This document shows, one piece after another, positions 25,361-38,045 of a stretch of DNA of 64,000 nt. Position numbers and translations under genes: made by a program. Source of the stretch: Leucoraja ocellata (taxonomy: Eukaryota); the NCBI GenBank assembly GCA_036785375.1, contig JAWMAR010000012.1:930001-994000 (forward strand), in the 5' to 3' direction. The stretch's first letter is position 1. Each line of letters starts with the position of its first letter. A model generated the notes under the pieces. The model was given only the letters and a program-made list of their open reading frames with translations. It did not search any database and was not told where the DNA came from.

Positions 25361-28029
25361 ATCATATGTTGCTCTATTTGTAGCCACCCATTGCTTTTAT
25401 GCGGCCACTTATCATCATCACCAGAAAATAAGTTATCAGTTTCCATGTGCATATCTTTCTCAGTGAGTTCAGCCTCACTGCCACCTCCTTGCCGGTCTCT
25501 AATTCAACATCACCAAATGTAATCCCTTTCAAGACTTCACTGTGCATTTATTTTTCTTCCCTCCTTTTAGTTCTCTCTGAACTATTATCATTATTCATTA
25601 CTTTTCTACTTAAGTGTCTTTGTTAAGTTTTAGTTAATAAAGATCTTGTGAAGTTCCCTGGAAGATCAGATGGTGCTGAGGATATCATGACACCTTCCTG
25701 TGAGAATACTGAAGATGCAATTCTATTGTTTTATTTTTTCTATGCCTATCAAGCAAGGCCACAGAAAATACTTCAAACAGCAGGTATTTACTTGTACTTC
25801 TTTCAATTTAGAGCAATGTATTCACTGTTCATAATGGTGTCTTCTTTACATTGTAGAAACTGATGATGTCTTTGCAGAAAGCCTCACATTCAGTCCAAAA
25901 GGCATTGCCCTGAACCTCCAGTTCCCTATTCTTTATTTTACACTCTCACTTTCACTCTGACCACTGCACTCATCTTGCTACATTGTTCCAACAAAATTCA
26001 TCCCAACTACAAGGAACAGCAATACCTTCTGACAAGACACGATACAGCTTTCTAGAAACAGCTGTGTGTTCAACAAATTCAGATAATCAACATTTTCAGC
26101 AATAGTATTTCAGATTTCCAGAATTCTCCACATTCCTTAGATAAATGTAAAATATACTCAATTTGTGTCTTCTCCACAGGGACCTTTGATTTTTGCTGTT
26201 TGAACCAGTCGGTTCGCTGCCACTTTTAATCTTTGCTTCCTTAAAGGGCATGGCACCTTTACTGGTGAGCATGAGTGGAAAATAACTTGGGGCAGAGAAC
26301 TGAATAAAAAAACCGCTAGTCTATTTCGTCAGACCCATTTATCCACTCGTTATATTCTTAAAACACAGATAAGTATATGTTCATTCAGATTTAAATACAG
26401 TACCAAGCACAACATGTTTCTGCCAGGGGCAAAGCAGTTTGGCTAATGATTGTTATTTTTCTAATACCATGCATCAATCTGCTATCCTCTTTAATAAAGT
26501 TTTAGTCTGGTTTAATTGAACTTCACTTCCTGCCTGAACACATTAAATCGAGCTTTAAATGTTAAATTATCACAGATGGCAATCAAAAATACTGTGACAC
26601 AAATCACTGGAACACTGCTCAGTAAACCAGCTGGAACATAATCACCAGGTTCCTGCTCTTAGACAGTAATACCAACATTTTATTGGGCATTGTTATACTA
26701 CAACATGTGCCTTGAGGTTACCTGATGAATCAATCATTGGAGTTGAAATTCCAAAACATTGAACTAATCAATTATACATGAATACATTGTTCACAGCATA
26801 CCCTACTTTTACTATGATTTGGCTGAACCAAGATTCCTCTGCCTCAGGCATCCTTAAGAGCCTCCAGCGACTGAATTCTGTAAAAGAGACAAGAAGCAGT
26901 GAAGCAAGAGCCTGAGGAGAAATGAGTATACAGTTTTCAATGATTAATTTTAACTGTGCCCATCAATGCAAAGACAATTTAAGCATACATTCCTTTACAG
27001 TACATGCAAGCTTTCTTTGCATTCTGGTCCTGAATGTTAGGAAAGTATTTTCAGCACATATAATGACCGGCACTGTAATGATGTGAGCACCTACAAAATA
27101 ATAAATTGGTAATGACACAGAATTATTTGCATCAAGACCATCCTCAAAAAGTTTACATGGACACAAATATTGTTATATTGGTACATTGTAACAATAATAG
27201 GTGAACATAATCACAATTTCTCAGATTGTTCTGGTGTTCAAATTATTTTTCATAATATGATTGGATCTGTTGATTTACTCTATTGTGATTCCCTTCTACT
27301 TTTGCTATGGAATCATAAATGATTGCAGCACAGCTGGAAGTAATTTAACCGATTATGTCCACATTAGCTCTCCAACAGCACATCTCTCCAGTTCTGACCC
27401 AGCCCTCTCTCCATACACTTGCCAATTTTTCTTTACCACCGTCAATCTAAATGTTTATTCTCATGCTAATTCTCTTTATCTCAATCCAGAGATGATAAAC
27501 CCTCAAATCCTCCACCAAATGGAACAGCTTCTATTATCCATGTGTAAAATCTATAAAATCCCTCATTTTATAGAATTCTATCACATTTTCCATCATCTTT
27601 TCTTTACTGAAGAAAACTACCCTGGACTGTATCCTTGTTCTGTGACACCTTATCAAAAAGCCTTCCAGAAGTTCAAGTACATAAAATTCGCATCAGCATC
27701 AACTGTAACCCCATCAAAATATTTTATCAAATTAATTAAACCTGATTTGTGCTGAATAAATCCATGCTCGTTTGCCTTAATTCATTCATTTTGCTCCAGG
27801 TAAGTATTAATCCTGTAAAACAAGTGACTGCAGATGCTATAATCTGGAATAAAACAACATACTGCTGCAGGAACTCGCTGTGTTTCCCTCCCTGTGGAGG
27901 GAAACTAATTAATGTCTGGAGTAAGTCCTGATGCAATGTCTCGACCCGAAACATCAGCAATTCCTTTCTTTCTGCAAATGCTGCTCAACCCATTGAGTTC
28001 CTCCAACATTAGTCCTGTCCTGGATCAAT

Positions 28030-29290
28030 ATTTCTTGATTGTGATTTTTGAGGAGGTGACAAAGGGTAGGGTGGTTGTCTACATGTACTTGATAAGGCTC
28101 TTGACAAGCTTCCTCATGGTAAATTGATCCAGATGATTAAGATGCATGGGTTAGGATGCATGGGATCCATGACAATTTGATTGTTTGGATTCAGAACTAC
28201 CCTACCTATAGATGACAGAGGGTAGCAGTGGAAGAGTGTTATTCAGGCTGGAGATCTGTGACCAGAGGTGTTCTGCAGGATTCAATGCTTGGACTTCTGT
28301 TTTTGAAATATATATATTGATGACTTGGGTTAAAATGTAGATGGGTTGGTTAATACTTTTGTGAATTATAACAACATTGGTAGAGTTGCAGAGAGTGAAG
28401 AGGACTGTCAAAGCATACAGCAGGATACAGATCAGTTCCAGAAAACAAAGCAGATGGAGATTAATCCAGGGAAGTGTGAGATGTTGCATGTTGGGAAGTC
28501 AAATGTAAAGCGAAAGTATACAATTAATGGCAAGACCTTTAACAGTGTTGATATACATAGGATCTTAGCATCAAAGTCCATAGCATGGCATTGAGTATAA
28601 AAGTCAGGAAATCATGTTGCAGCATTATAAATCTTTTGGCAAAGCCGGAATTGAAGTATAGTGTGCAGCACTGATCATCCTATTACAAGAAGAATGTGGA
28701 GGCTTTGAAGAGGGTGGAGAAGAGGTTTACCAGGATGCCGACTGGATTAGAGCTATAAGACGGTGTTGGACAAACCTGAATTGTTATCTCTGCAGCATTG
28801 GACACTGAGGGGAGACCTGATAGAAGTTTGTAAGATTATGAGAGGCATAGATATGTTAGGTAGAAGAAGAAGACAGTCTGAAGAAGGGTCCCGACTTGAA
28901 ACGTCGCCTATCTATTTTCTCCAGAGATGTTGCCTGACCTGCTGAATTACTCCAGCATTGGTGTCTATCTAGGGTAGACAGAACCTTTTTCTCTGAACCA
29001 ATTTCACTGGAGGATTTTCTCTGAACCAAACACTAGAGGATTTTAAAGTCAGAGGGTCAAAGTTTAAAAGAGATGTGTGGGGCAAGTTGATTTTTATTTA
29101 GAGAGTGGATGTTATCTGGAATGTGCTGCCAGGGGTGGTGGTGGAAGCAGATATGATACTAGTGTTTCAGATAGACACATAGATATGCAAAGGGAGGGAT
29201 GTGGATCATATTCAGGCAGAAGGAATTGGTTTACTTTGACATCATGTTCAACATAAGGCCTGTTCCTGTGTGGTACTGTTCAATGTTTCT
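28030..29290 (+). mobile_element. Old CR1 LINE fragment with a nested PLE end (about 28860-28970)
   Basis: FEEVTK, NPGKCEMLH and LRGDLIEV motifs. Hammerhead motif at 28878-28905. Confidence 0.8.
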
Positions 29291-29382
29291 GCCACTGAGG
29301 TTGAGCTGACTGCTCTCTACTTGATGGCATTAGCTTTACTTTTTTTTGATCAGTGGAGTATAAGTTGTGATGCTTCATTCCT

Positions 29383-29522
29383 GGAGTGGGAGTTTGCAAC
29401 CTTCACGTGGTCCGCCCTGTGTCAACGAATGCAATCAACCTGGCGTGCACAATCAAATAAGATCAAATAGAACAAGTTGTCCTACAACTTTAGGCTGTGC
29501 ACGCCATACGCAAGAAGAAGAA
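29383..29522 (+). mobile_element. Short retroposon 3' end with (AAG)n tail, Vingi/Ingi-like, 14-bp TSD
   Basis: GATGCTTCATTCCT at 29369-29382 and 29523-29536. Ends gccatacgcaagaagaagaa. Confidence 0.75.
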
Positions 29523-31180
29523 GATGCTTCATTCCTCTGCCATGAACCCCACATCCAAACAAAAGGTTGGAAGAACTCAGCCAAGCAGCATCTGTGGAAA
29601 GAGAAACATGTCAATGTTTCAGCTCAAGGACACTTCACCACAACTTGTGAAAAACTGCACGGTAAAGGAAATGGAGGATACTGATGAACACGTTGAAAGG
29701 ACTGGGAAATTGTAGCCATGAGGAAGGACTAGATAGAGTAATTGCTACCAGGACTATGGACCTAGCACTGGAAGGTAGGAGTAGATTTCCAAGTTATTTT
29801 TTAACCAGCACAAACATTGAAAGACCTCCTTTGGTGGTGTTCATTTTCTCTGATCCTGTGATATTGTGTTGTTTTCCTGTCTACTTTTGTGCCTTGGAGA
29901 TGCCAATAGCAATATATACATGTTACTAATTTCAGTAGTTCAATGTTGCCAGCTGAAACTAATTCCACTATTGTCGCACTCAATGCTCTGGCATTAGACC
30001 ATGGATGTGCCTCAGACTTTCTGCATTTAATGCCTGTGCATGGAAGCTTGAGACATCCTAGGAATCAAGGGGCAGATAGTTGGCAATTTGTTGCAAGTAA
30101 GAACGGTTCAGTTCAACGGTTGATTATGCAAAAACAGACTACATTTATTAACTAACTACAAAGCTAAACATGACATGAATAAGCATTTGATTAATTCTGA
30201 CTATGGTTTTTCAAAACTCAAGATCAACTTTTTTCAATATACGGCAACTTCGTCGTGTGGCTCTAGGCAAAACAGCTATGACTTTGTTCATGAAGACAAA
30301 AAAATAATTACCAACTCCCATGCCCAAAAATTGTGCCATAAAAAGGCTGTCAGTCATTGGTTTTGAAAGGTGTATGGCATTAAAATCTAAAGTTGTCTAA
30401 ATTAGGACAATTTCTCTATTCGCAACTGAACCAAAGGTTGTGTCACTTTGGATGCCATTAAATTGGTTGCAAAATTGCCTACAACCTTCATGAGAATGAA
30501 ATATTCCATGTCATCTATTGGTTTTTAAATTTTATTTAACTGTGTGTCAGTTTACTAATTTACTATGACTTGACAGCATAAAAATGTGAATGCATTACTT
30601 ACCTGGATTGCAACATAACATTAAAATTTATGGGACCCATAGGAGCTAACTTTGACACAATTACTGAAAATGCAGTAGAACATATATTAAATGGTTACCC
30701 TGGGGACTAACCAATATTGGCTTCTTGAGAGAAATGCCTGCTTAGTGTAGACATGGATCCCATTAAAAATCATTGCACTGGGACGGAGGAGGCTGATAAA
30801 TGATTGTTAAAGTCATGGGACTTTTTAATACATGTTTCTATGAACATATGTATCACAAACATGATTTTTTTGTTTACACCGTCCTGATTTCAACAGAGGA
30901 GCTTTAAGTGGAAGAATTCAAACAACCTTAGCAGAGTCACAAGAATGGCAGAAGCAATATCTTAATCTTTAGGAAGAGTGAGGCCAGTTAATTGTATTGG
31001 TGATAATATATGATACAGTTTGTTAATATTCAGCTCAGATAACTACTGAAAACACAATACAAACTGATGATTGTAAAAGTAATATGCCATTTCAGTTGTG
31101 CCATTTTATACGTTTAATCTGTCAAATAGGCTGTTGGCCAAGCATCAAGAATGTGTCTAGAAATCAACTTTCGTGACCCA

Positions 31181-32807
31181 CTAGATTAAGTGGGACCCAT
31201 TGGGTTCCATGTTCACATGGAAGGGCTGGTCCCCCAATGCAATATTCCATCTCTCCACCAATTCCAATATTGGTGGCCAGTGGAGGGGGAGGGGGGGGGG
31301 GGGGCTTTGTGGAGCTCTAGTATGGGCTGAAGGGACTAGTTTATGGAGGGCTAGTATGAACATTGTGAGCCGAATGGATTCCTCGGCTGGCAGCTCAGTC
31401 ACTCAGGCCTGGTGGGCTGGCAGCTCAGTCACTTGGGCTTGGTGGGCTGGCAGCTCAGTCCTCAGGCCTGATGGGCTGGCATCTCCGAAACTGCCAGAAA
31501 TTCAGCCGAAAACAGGTGAGAGACTCTGTGAGAGCAAAGGGGAGAGGGTGGAGAACCAATTTTACATATTTTTCATCTTTTTCTGCAGATCACAGCAATG
31601 AAGAAGGAAAGTCTATCCTGGCCTGGACCTCACAGGGAGCCAATGAAGGGAGGGAGAAAAGATAATAGGGTAAGCTTTAATACTTGCAGGGGGAATACTT
31701 ACTGGTGGACTGAAGGTACTCCTCCTGGGCTAGTAGAGGCCTGATGGGCCAAATGGGCTCTTTTTGAAAAGAATCTGTGAAATCTCAGTGAAAAGCACTT
31801 TTTCTGGACTTTTCCTGGCCTGGCACGGGCCTATTGGGCCAAACTGCTCCTCCTGGGCTGATATGGGCATTTTGGGCAAAAGAGGCTGGTTTCTCAGCTA
31901 ATAGAGGCCTTATGGGCCGAAATTAGTGATTTCAGGCAGGGCAAACAACGCATTTAATTTCATTTCAATTTCAAGCACAGGGCAGGCCAATCAATTCATT
32001 TCATTTCCATTTCCATTTCCATTGCAGTTTCAAGCACAGGGCAGGCCAAACAACTCATTGCATGTTCAATTCATTTCGAATTCCATTGCAGTTTCAAGCA
32101 CAGGTCAGGCCTAACAGCTCATTGCATTTGTATTTTGTTTCCATTTCCATTGCAGTTTCAAGCACAGGGCAGGCCACACAGCTCATTGCTTTTTCATTTC
32201 ATTTCCATTTCCATTGCAGTTTCAAGCACAGGGCAGATCAAACAGCTCATTGCATTTTCAATTCATTTCCATCTCCATTGCAGTTTCAAGCACAGGGAAG
32301 GCCAAACATCTCAAAGCATTTTCATTTTATTTCCATGTTTCCATTTCCATTGCAGTTTCAAGCACAGGGCAGGCCAAATACCTCATTTCATTTTCATTAA
32401 GGGCTAACAAATCATTTATTGCAAGTACATTGCAGACTTACAGTTCAGTTACAGCTTAGAATCACAGTTCTGACCTCTCCCTCGCGATCTTCCAGAGTGA
32501 CCGGCTCATGTCCAGGCATACGGGGATTTATAGTCCTGCCCCCCCCCCCCCCCGCCCCCGGAAGGGGCGTTACCCTCATCGTGGTGATTGACAGGCGAGA
32601 GGACCAATCAGCTGATCTCAAGATTTTTTTTTAAACTCAAAACTTTTTTTATTTTTCATCGAACGGACAAATCTTCAGGGCTGCCTCAGCAGAGAAGGAC
32701 TGTGAGTAAGATGGCCAAAAATCATAGCGATATATGGTCGCGTTTTTTTCTAAAATCAATATATAGCCCAGACACAAAGTGATCAAGATGAGACTTTTAG
32801 ATATAGA
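31181..32807 (-). mobile_element. Non-autonomous Helitron, 1627 bp
   Basis: Minus strand reads A|TCTATATCTAAAAG...GGAACCCAATGGGTCCC (hairpin)-acttaat-CTAG|T. No TSD. Confidence 0.85.
31930..32400. repeat. Minisatellite, about 64-bp unit, about 7 copies, inside the Helitron
   Basis: Recurring ccattgcagtttcaagcacagggcaggcc.aac..ctcattgcat plus (atttc)n. A separate 30-bp x3 repeat lies at 31385-31480. Confidence 0.95.
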
Positions 32808-33023
32808 TGTCTTAGAACTACATTAAATTTTGCACAGATTTAGATAAAATATAATTGAGAAGGAAGCCATAACTCGTCAGTGCCAAAAGATGCACATTAA
32901 TTAATTTGACTAATTCGGAAACAAGATCGAAAAAGTAAGCACCATCTAGTGTCCAATGCCCATATTCCCCCATGGGGAGCCCATTTCCATGTTGCAGTCT
33001 ATTCAAAATATATGTTATTATAC

Positions 33024-33027
<4 letters not shown>

Positions 33028-33103
<76 letters not shown>
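33028..33103. repeat. (TG)n microsatellite, about 38 units
   Basis: Seen directly. Confidence 0.99.
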
Positions 33104-33105
<2 letters not shown>

Positions 33106-33689
33106 TGTGAATATGACTGTAATCATATATAATAATTTATAATTATACTATATAAAAATAATATAATTATGATTGTGTTTTTTGAATGAGACTGCCATAG
33201 AGGTCTGGTTGCTGAACCTGCCTAATTAACGGATGAGGGCAGTTCCTGTGGGTTCCCCTGTTTACTGAACCCCACTGATTGCCAGTGTGCAGAGTGGGGT
33301 TCACGGCCAAATTTGGACTGCAGCAGTGCCAGGTTGGGGGAAGGCTAAGACATCTTCCACTGACAGGAAAATGCCTAACCCTAACACTAACCTGCTCCCT
33401 TCCAGAGCTGCCTTTGGCTGGAGCTGGAGCCGCATTGGGACTGGCTGTGGGCTTCGTACGTGTGGCCCTGCAGCGCATCCACCTCGGCCAGCATGCCCTT
33501 CTCGATCATCGTGGTGATGATGGTGGGGAGTAGCACTGCCCTGCATGCCGGCCGGGCCACCTTTAGCACCACCATAGCGCTGGCTCCGTCAGTCCGCCCG
33601 CTCGCTCGCTGCAACACCGGCCTCCCGAAAAGCCCAACCGACCCCTCGCAGCACCCAGTGGCAGTCTGACCACTCGCAGCACCAACGGG

Positions 33690-34440
33690 CACCCCGGCCA
33701 CTCTCACCATCCACTGGCGGCCCGGCCATTCTCACGACCCACCAGCGGACCGACCACTCTCACCATCCACCGGCGGCTGCGATTGATACGTGTAGTAACT
33801 AACAAGTATGTTGGATAAAACGTGGTCAATATCAGCTTCCAAAATTTCACGTTCCCTACCATCATCAACCTCGGGGTCTACCGATTCCCACCCTTCATTC
33901 CCACCCATCGGGATAGAGCTGTACAGGGACGACAATCTCCCTGACCACAGACTGAAACATTGATTGCAAGGAGCTGGTTGCAACTGCAGAGCCCACACAG
34001 AATATTAGTAAACCTTCATTAAATAACATGTGGAACAATGCAGCTTAATTGGAATTAGCAGTTACGGTAAATGTTGGAAGCCAGCGGAGGTACTGCCAGT
34101 CAGACGAGAGCAGGAGAGATTAAGACAGTGTATAATCCATAGCACCTCAGTGTACAATTGCATAATATATACTAAATAACAGGGCTGACAGACCTTGGCT
34201 GGAAACATGGGGCTCACCAAAATTGTTCCCAAGTGGGCCTCGCAACTCCTAAGGCCGGCCCGGCCACTCTCACGACCCACCGGCGGCCCGGCCACTCTCA
34301 CCGCCTACCGGCGGCACGACAGCCGACCGATCCTCCACAGCATCCATCGGCCTACCTACAAGCCCGACCGACAGACTGACCGACCGACCGACTGACACTG
34401 ACCCTGACCCTGACACTAACCCTAATCCTAACCCTAGCTC
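33690..34440. repeat. GC-rich ~28-bp repeats in two blocks, followed by (GACC)n and degenerate (CCCTAA/CCCTGA)n
   Basis: cggccactctcacc/gacccaccggcggcc at 33693-33778 and 34255-34315. ctgaccctgaccctgacactaaccctaatcctaaccct at about 34392-34436. Confidence 0.85.
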
Positions 34441-35619
34441 TACATTTGTTATTAATCATTTTTATTTAGCAGTTCACATCATAACTTTATAAAGATGAAT
34501 CAATTGAAAAACAGAATGATCAGCAAGGTGAGCATTACCTTTATTCCTTAGAAATCTGTTTATTGGTTTGATGTAATGAGAAGGCAGCCATGATCCCAGG
34601 GTCCTCGCTGCCTAGCGACCATAAAACAAAGCACGGGATTGATCAATGTGCATCCGACCTCAATGTCAAACGTTCATTGATTGGACAATTCCTACTCGGA
34701 AAATTGGAAGTTTTTCTCATATTTAATAAAAAATGTGCAGGTTTTGGTCTTGTTGAGTTTCAGGTATGATTTATATAATATTTTTACACAATATTGTACA
34801 CAATATTGTAAAAATCCAGGTAGTTCCGTGAGTTTGGTCACAAACTTAAACTAAAAACCGCCTCGGCCCACAGAACCAAACAAACGTTTGATTGGATATC
34901 CATCCTGAAGTTCAGCAGAGAGCTGTAGAAGTACACATTAAACAGCTTGACAGATAATACTACCTTCAAGTCAAAGATGAAAATTATCTCTAATTGTATC
35001 AGTAATATTTTGACAATTAAGCATGTTGTGCCATTCAGACTAAACAAAACCTTGCCTTGTTGTTTTAATTAGCTTGATAAATCTGAGAATTTGAGATGAA
35101 CATTAATATCTCCAAACAAAAATCAAAATCTGAGGCTGCTAGTCTTCTGAAGTATGAACAGAAAATGTTGATAATACTCAGCAGATCCAGCAATGTCTAG
35201 AGTATGGGAAAAGTGGTTAATTTTTCAGATCCTTCATGACAAGTTGTGTGACATGACAAGTTCTGACAAAAGGTCAGGACAAAACCTAAAATGTTATCTG
35301 AGTTTCTTTCCACATATACCACCTGACCCCTTGAGTATTTCCAATGTTTCTGTTTTTATTTTACTTTAGAGTTTGACTTTAAAGTTTGACTTTGGTAACT
35401 TGAATGTTTCCAAAGAATTGGAAATGTGCTTGAATTCTAAGAATAAATTATCATTCAATTTTAACCTGTCATCAAGACTTCTTTTAAAATTGCATTTTAA
35501 ATCAATATTCTTTCCTCTTTGATCAAGCTTACTTGGATTCTTGACACTGGTATTTTGCCCCTCAATCCAAATTCTATACACAAGTTTATCAATGTATGTA
35601 GACAAAAGTGTGAATGAAC

Positions 35620-36360
35620 TATATAATTGCAGGTAGATAAAAATGCTGGAGAAACTCAGCAGTTGAGGCAGCATCTAAGGAGTGAAGGAAATAGGCGATG
35701 TTTTGGGTCGAGACCCTTCTTCAGACTGAAAATGCTGGAGAAACTCAGCAGTTGAGGCAGCATCTAAGGAGTGAAGGAAATAGGCGATGTTTTGGGTCGA
35801 GACCCTTCTTCAGACTGATGTGAGGGTGGCGGGGGGGGGTGGGAAGAAGAAAGGAAGAAGCGGAGACAGTGGGCTGTGGGAGAGCTGGGAAGGGGAGGGG
35901 AAAGAAGGAGAAAGCAGGGACTACCTGAAATTGGAGGTCAATGTTCATCTGCTGGGATGTAAACTACCCAAGCAAAATATGCGGTGCTGCTCCTCCAATT
36001 TACGGTGGACCTCACTCTGGCCACGGAGGAGGCCCAGCACAGAAAGGTCGGAAGGAGTTGAAGTGCTGAGCCACCGGGAGATCAGGTTGGTTATTGCGAA
36101 CCGAGCGGAGGTGTTGGGCAAAGCAATCACCAAGCCTACGCTTGATCTCACCAATGTAGAGCAGTTGACACCTAGAGCATCAGATGCAATAGATGAGGTT
36201 GGAAGAGATGCACCTGGAAAGACTGCTTGGGTCCTTGAATGAAATCAAGTGGGGAGGTAAAGCGACAAGTGTAGCATTTCCTGCGGTTGCAAGGGAAAGT
36301 GCCAGGAGAGGGGGTGGTTTGGGTGGGAAGGGACAAATTGACCAGGGTGTTACGGAGGGT
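35620..36360 (-). mobile_element. Penelope-like element 3' part with an 89-bp tandem duplication of the hammerhead segment
   Basis: CISSNLIYCI, QSEVHRKLEEQHRIFCLGSLHP. 35640-35728 is repeated at 35729-35817. Confidence 0.88.
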
Positions 36361-36754
36361 GCAGGAGTGCTTACCATGTGTTTTACATCAAACCACTGCA
36401 TCTGATTATCAATTAGTACAATAAAATCATCATGCAGTTTCACATCAAAATTCCATGTTTTCGTTGAAACATTGGATGACTTGTTTCTTATATGACAACA
36501 CATTGTGGAAATCCTAGAACAGTTTCAGCTTCTCATCTCTATGTTGGTCAAATGTCCATTCTTTTCCGACCTTGGATCATTATGGGCTTTTCTTATAAGT
36601 ACCGACTCAACTACACTGAATATTTGGATGTTCCAGTTAATGTGCTGACTTTATTGCAATTCCAACATTGATTTCATGCTGTGACCATGACTTTGCAATG
36701 ACAATGGTGTTCTGCTGGTAATTCCAGGGCTCAGTTGTATATTTCCACTGGAAC

Positions 36755-38045
36755 AGATTCAGATTCAGAAAACTTTATTGTCTGTCGTAACAGAAAATCT
36801 TCTTTGATGTGGCTCAACATACAGACAGGATAATGTACTGATAAGCAATCATACAACACAGATTTCTGCGAGCACACACAGTGTGTATCGATCTTAAAAG
36901 CAAATATAAGATTAAAAACTAAAAATAGACAAGATAAAAGTTGTGGATACGTGTAAAGTGACAATGCATCAGGGTTAATTTGTCCATTGTTCATTTTTTT
37001 ATTTAAGCTGTTTATGGCAATGGGTACGAATGAGTTTTTGTGGATGTTTTTCTTGGATAGGGGGACTTTATATCAGCGGCCTGATGGCAGAAGTTGGAAA
37101 GACTTGTGCAGGGGGTGGGTGGGATCCTGTGTAATGAGATTGGCTTTCCTTTTAACTGCCTGGGTGTGGAGTACTGATAATTGATTTTGAGTTTTACCAG
37201 TTATTTTGCTTGCCTGATTGATGATCCGGGAAAACTTTGATTTGTCTTTGACAGAGGTGAGGGTGAACCAGGATGTGATGTTAAAGGTGAGTACAGATTC
37301 TATAAGTGATTTATAGACAGCTGTTAAAATGTTGTGTCTGACATCAAAGCTCCTGAGTTTCCTCAGCAGGAACAGGTGTTGCTGTGCCTTCTTGTACACA
37401 GAGTCTGGTGTCTAAAGGCCTCTACCTGCTCAACTGTCTGCCCATTCAGCCTCAGAGGTTCAAAGAGAGGTTGGGGGGAAGATGTCCGCCTCCCCCCACA
37501 ACACAACTCCTTGGTCTTGGAGATGTTAAGCTCCAGGGAGCTCTCTTTGATCCACAGCATCAGGCTGTTGACCTGCTGATAGTAGGCAGCCAGAGAAGTG
37601 TGATCCTTGATGTGGGCCACCAGGGCCATATCGTCTGCATACTTAAAAAGGGAAATGTCACTGTTATTGTTTGTTATGTTGTTTGTGTAGATGGAAAATA
37701 AAATTGGTGATAAGACACAACCCTGGGGGACACCAGTGTTTAAAATCATGTTCTTGGATTTAAAACCATTTACCACCACATGCTGAGGCCGGTCCTGCAG
37801 AAAGTCTTTTATCCACAGGATAAGTGATAGTTAACTTGTAGATCCAGAAGGCGGTTGCAGAGGGTAACCGTGTTAACTGTGTTAAAAGCTGAAGAAAAGT
37901 CCATAAATAAAATCTGTGTGTGGGGGTGTGGGGAGTCCAGCTGTCTGCTAACTGTGTCCAGGAGAGTCAAACAGGCATCCTCCACCCCACGCCTTGCCTT
38001 ATAGGCAAACTGGAGTGGGTCAAGCCTGTCAAGAAGGATTGTACA
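36755..38045 (-). mobile_element. Rex1/Babar LINE RT fragment (pseudogenised)
   Basis: LDPLQFAY..RRGVEDA, LFMDFSSAFNT, TGVPQGCVLSPILFSIYTN, KYADD, LNISKTKE, FQLLPSGR; (tctgaa)n tail. Confidence 0.95.

Noticed and set aside
26180-26264. Plus-strand exon (tcttctccacag|...ACTG|gtgagc)
   Set aside because: All three frames contain stops before a late ATG and no partner exon was found. It could be non-coding, but nothing supports that.
31930-32400. CRISPR-like repeat-spacer array
   Set aside because: The intervening segments are homologous to one another, the context is eukaryotic and there are no cas genes. It is a minisatellite.
32818-33126. His/Thr-repeat ORF
   Set aside because: Translation of the (TG)n microsatellite.
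33167-33710. Cluster of overlapping GC-rich ORFs
   Set aside because: No recognisable domain; ORFs in all frames reflect GC content within a probable repeat.
34392-34436. Interstitial telomere (also 33375-33391, 45418-45440)
   Set aside because: Only a few degenerate CCCTAA units inside repeats.
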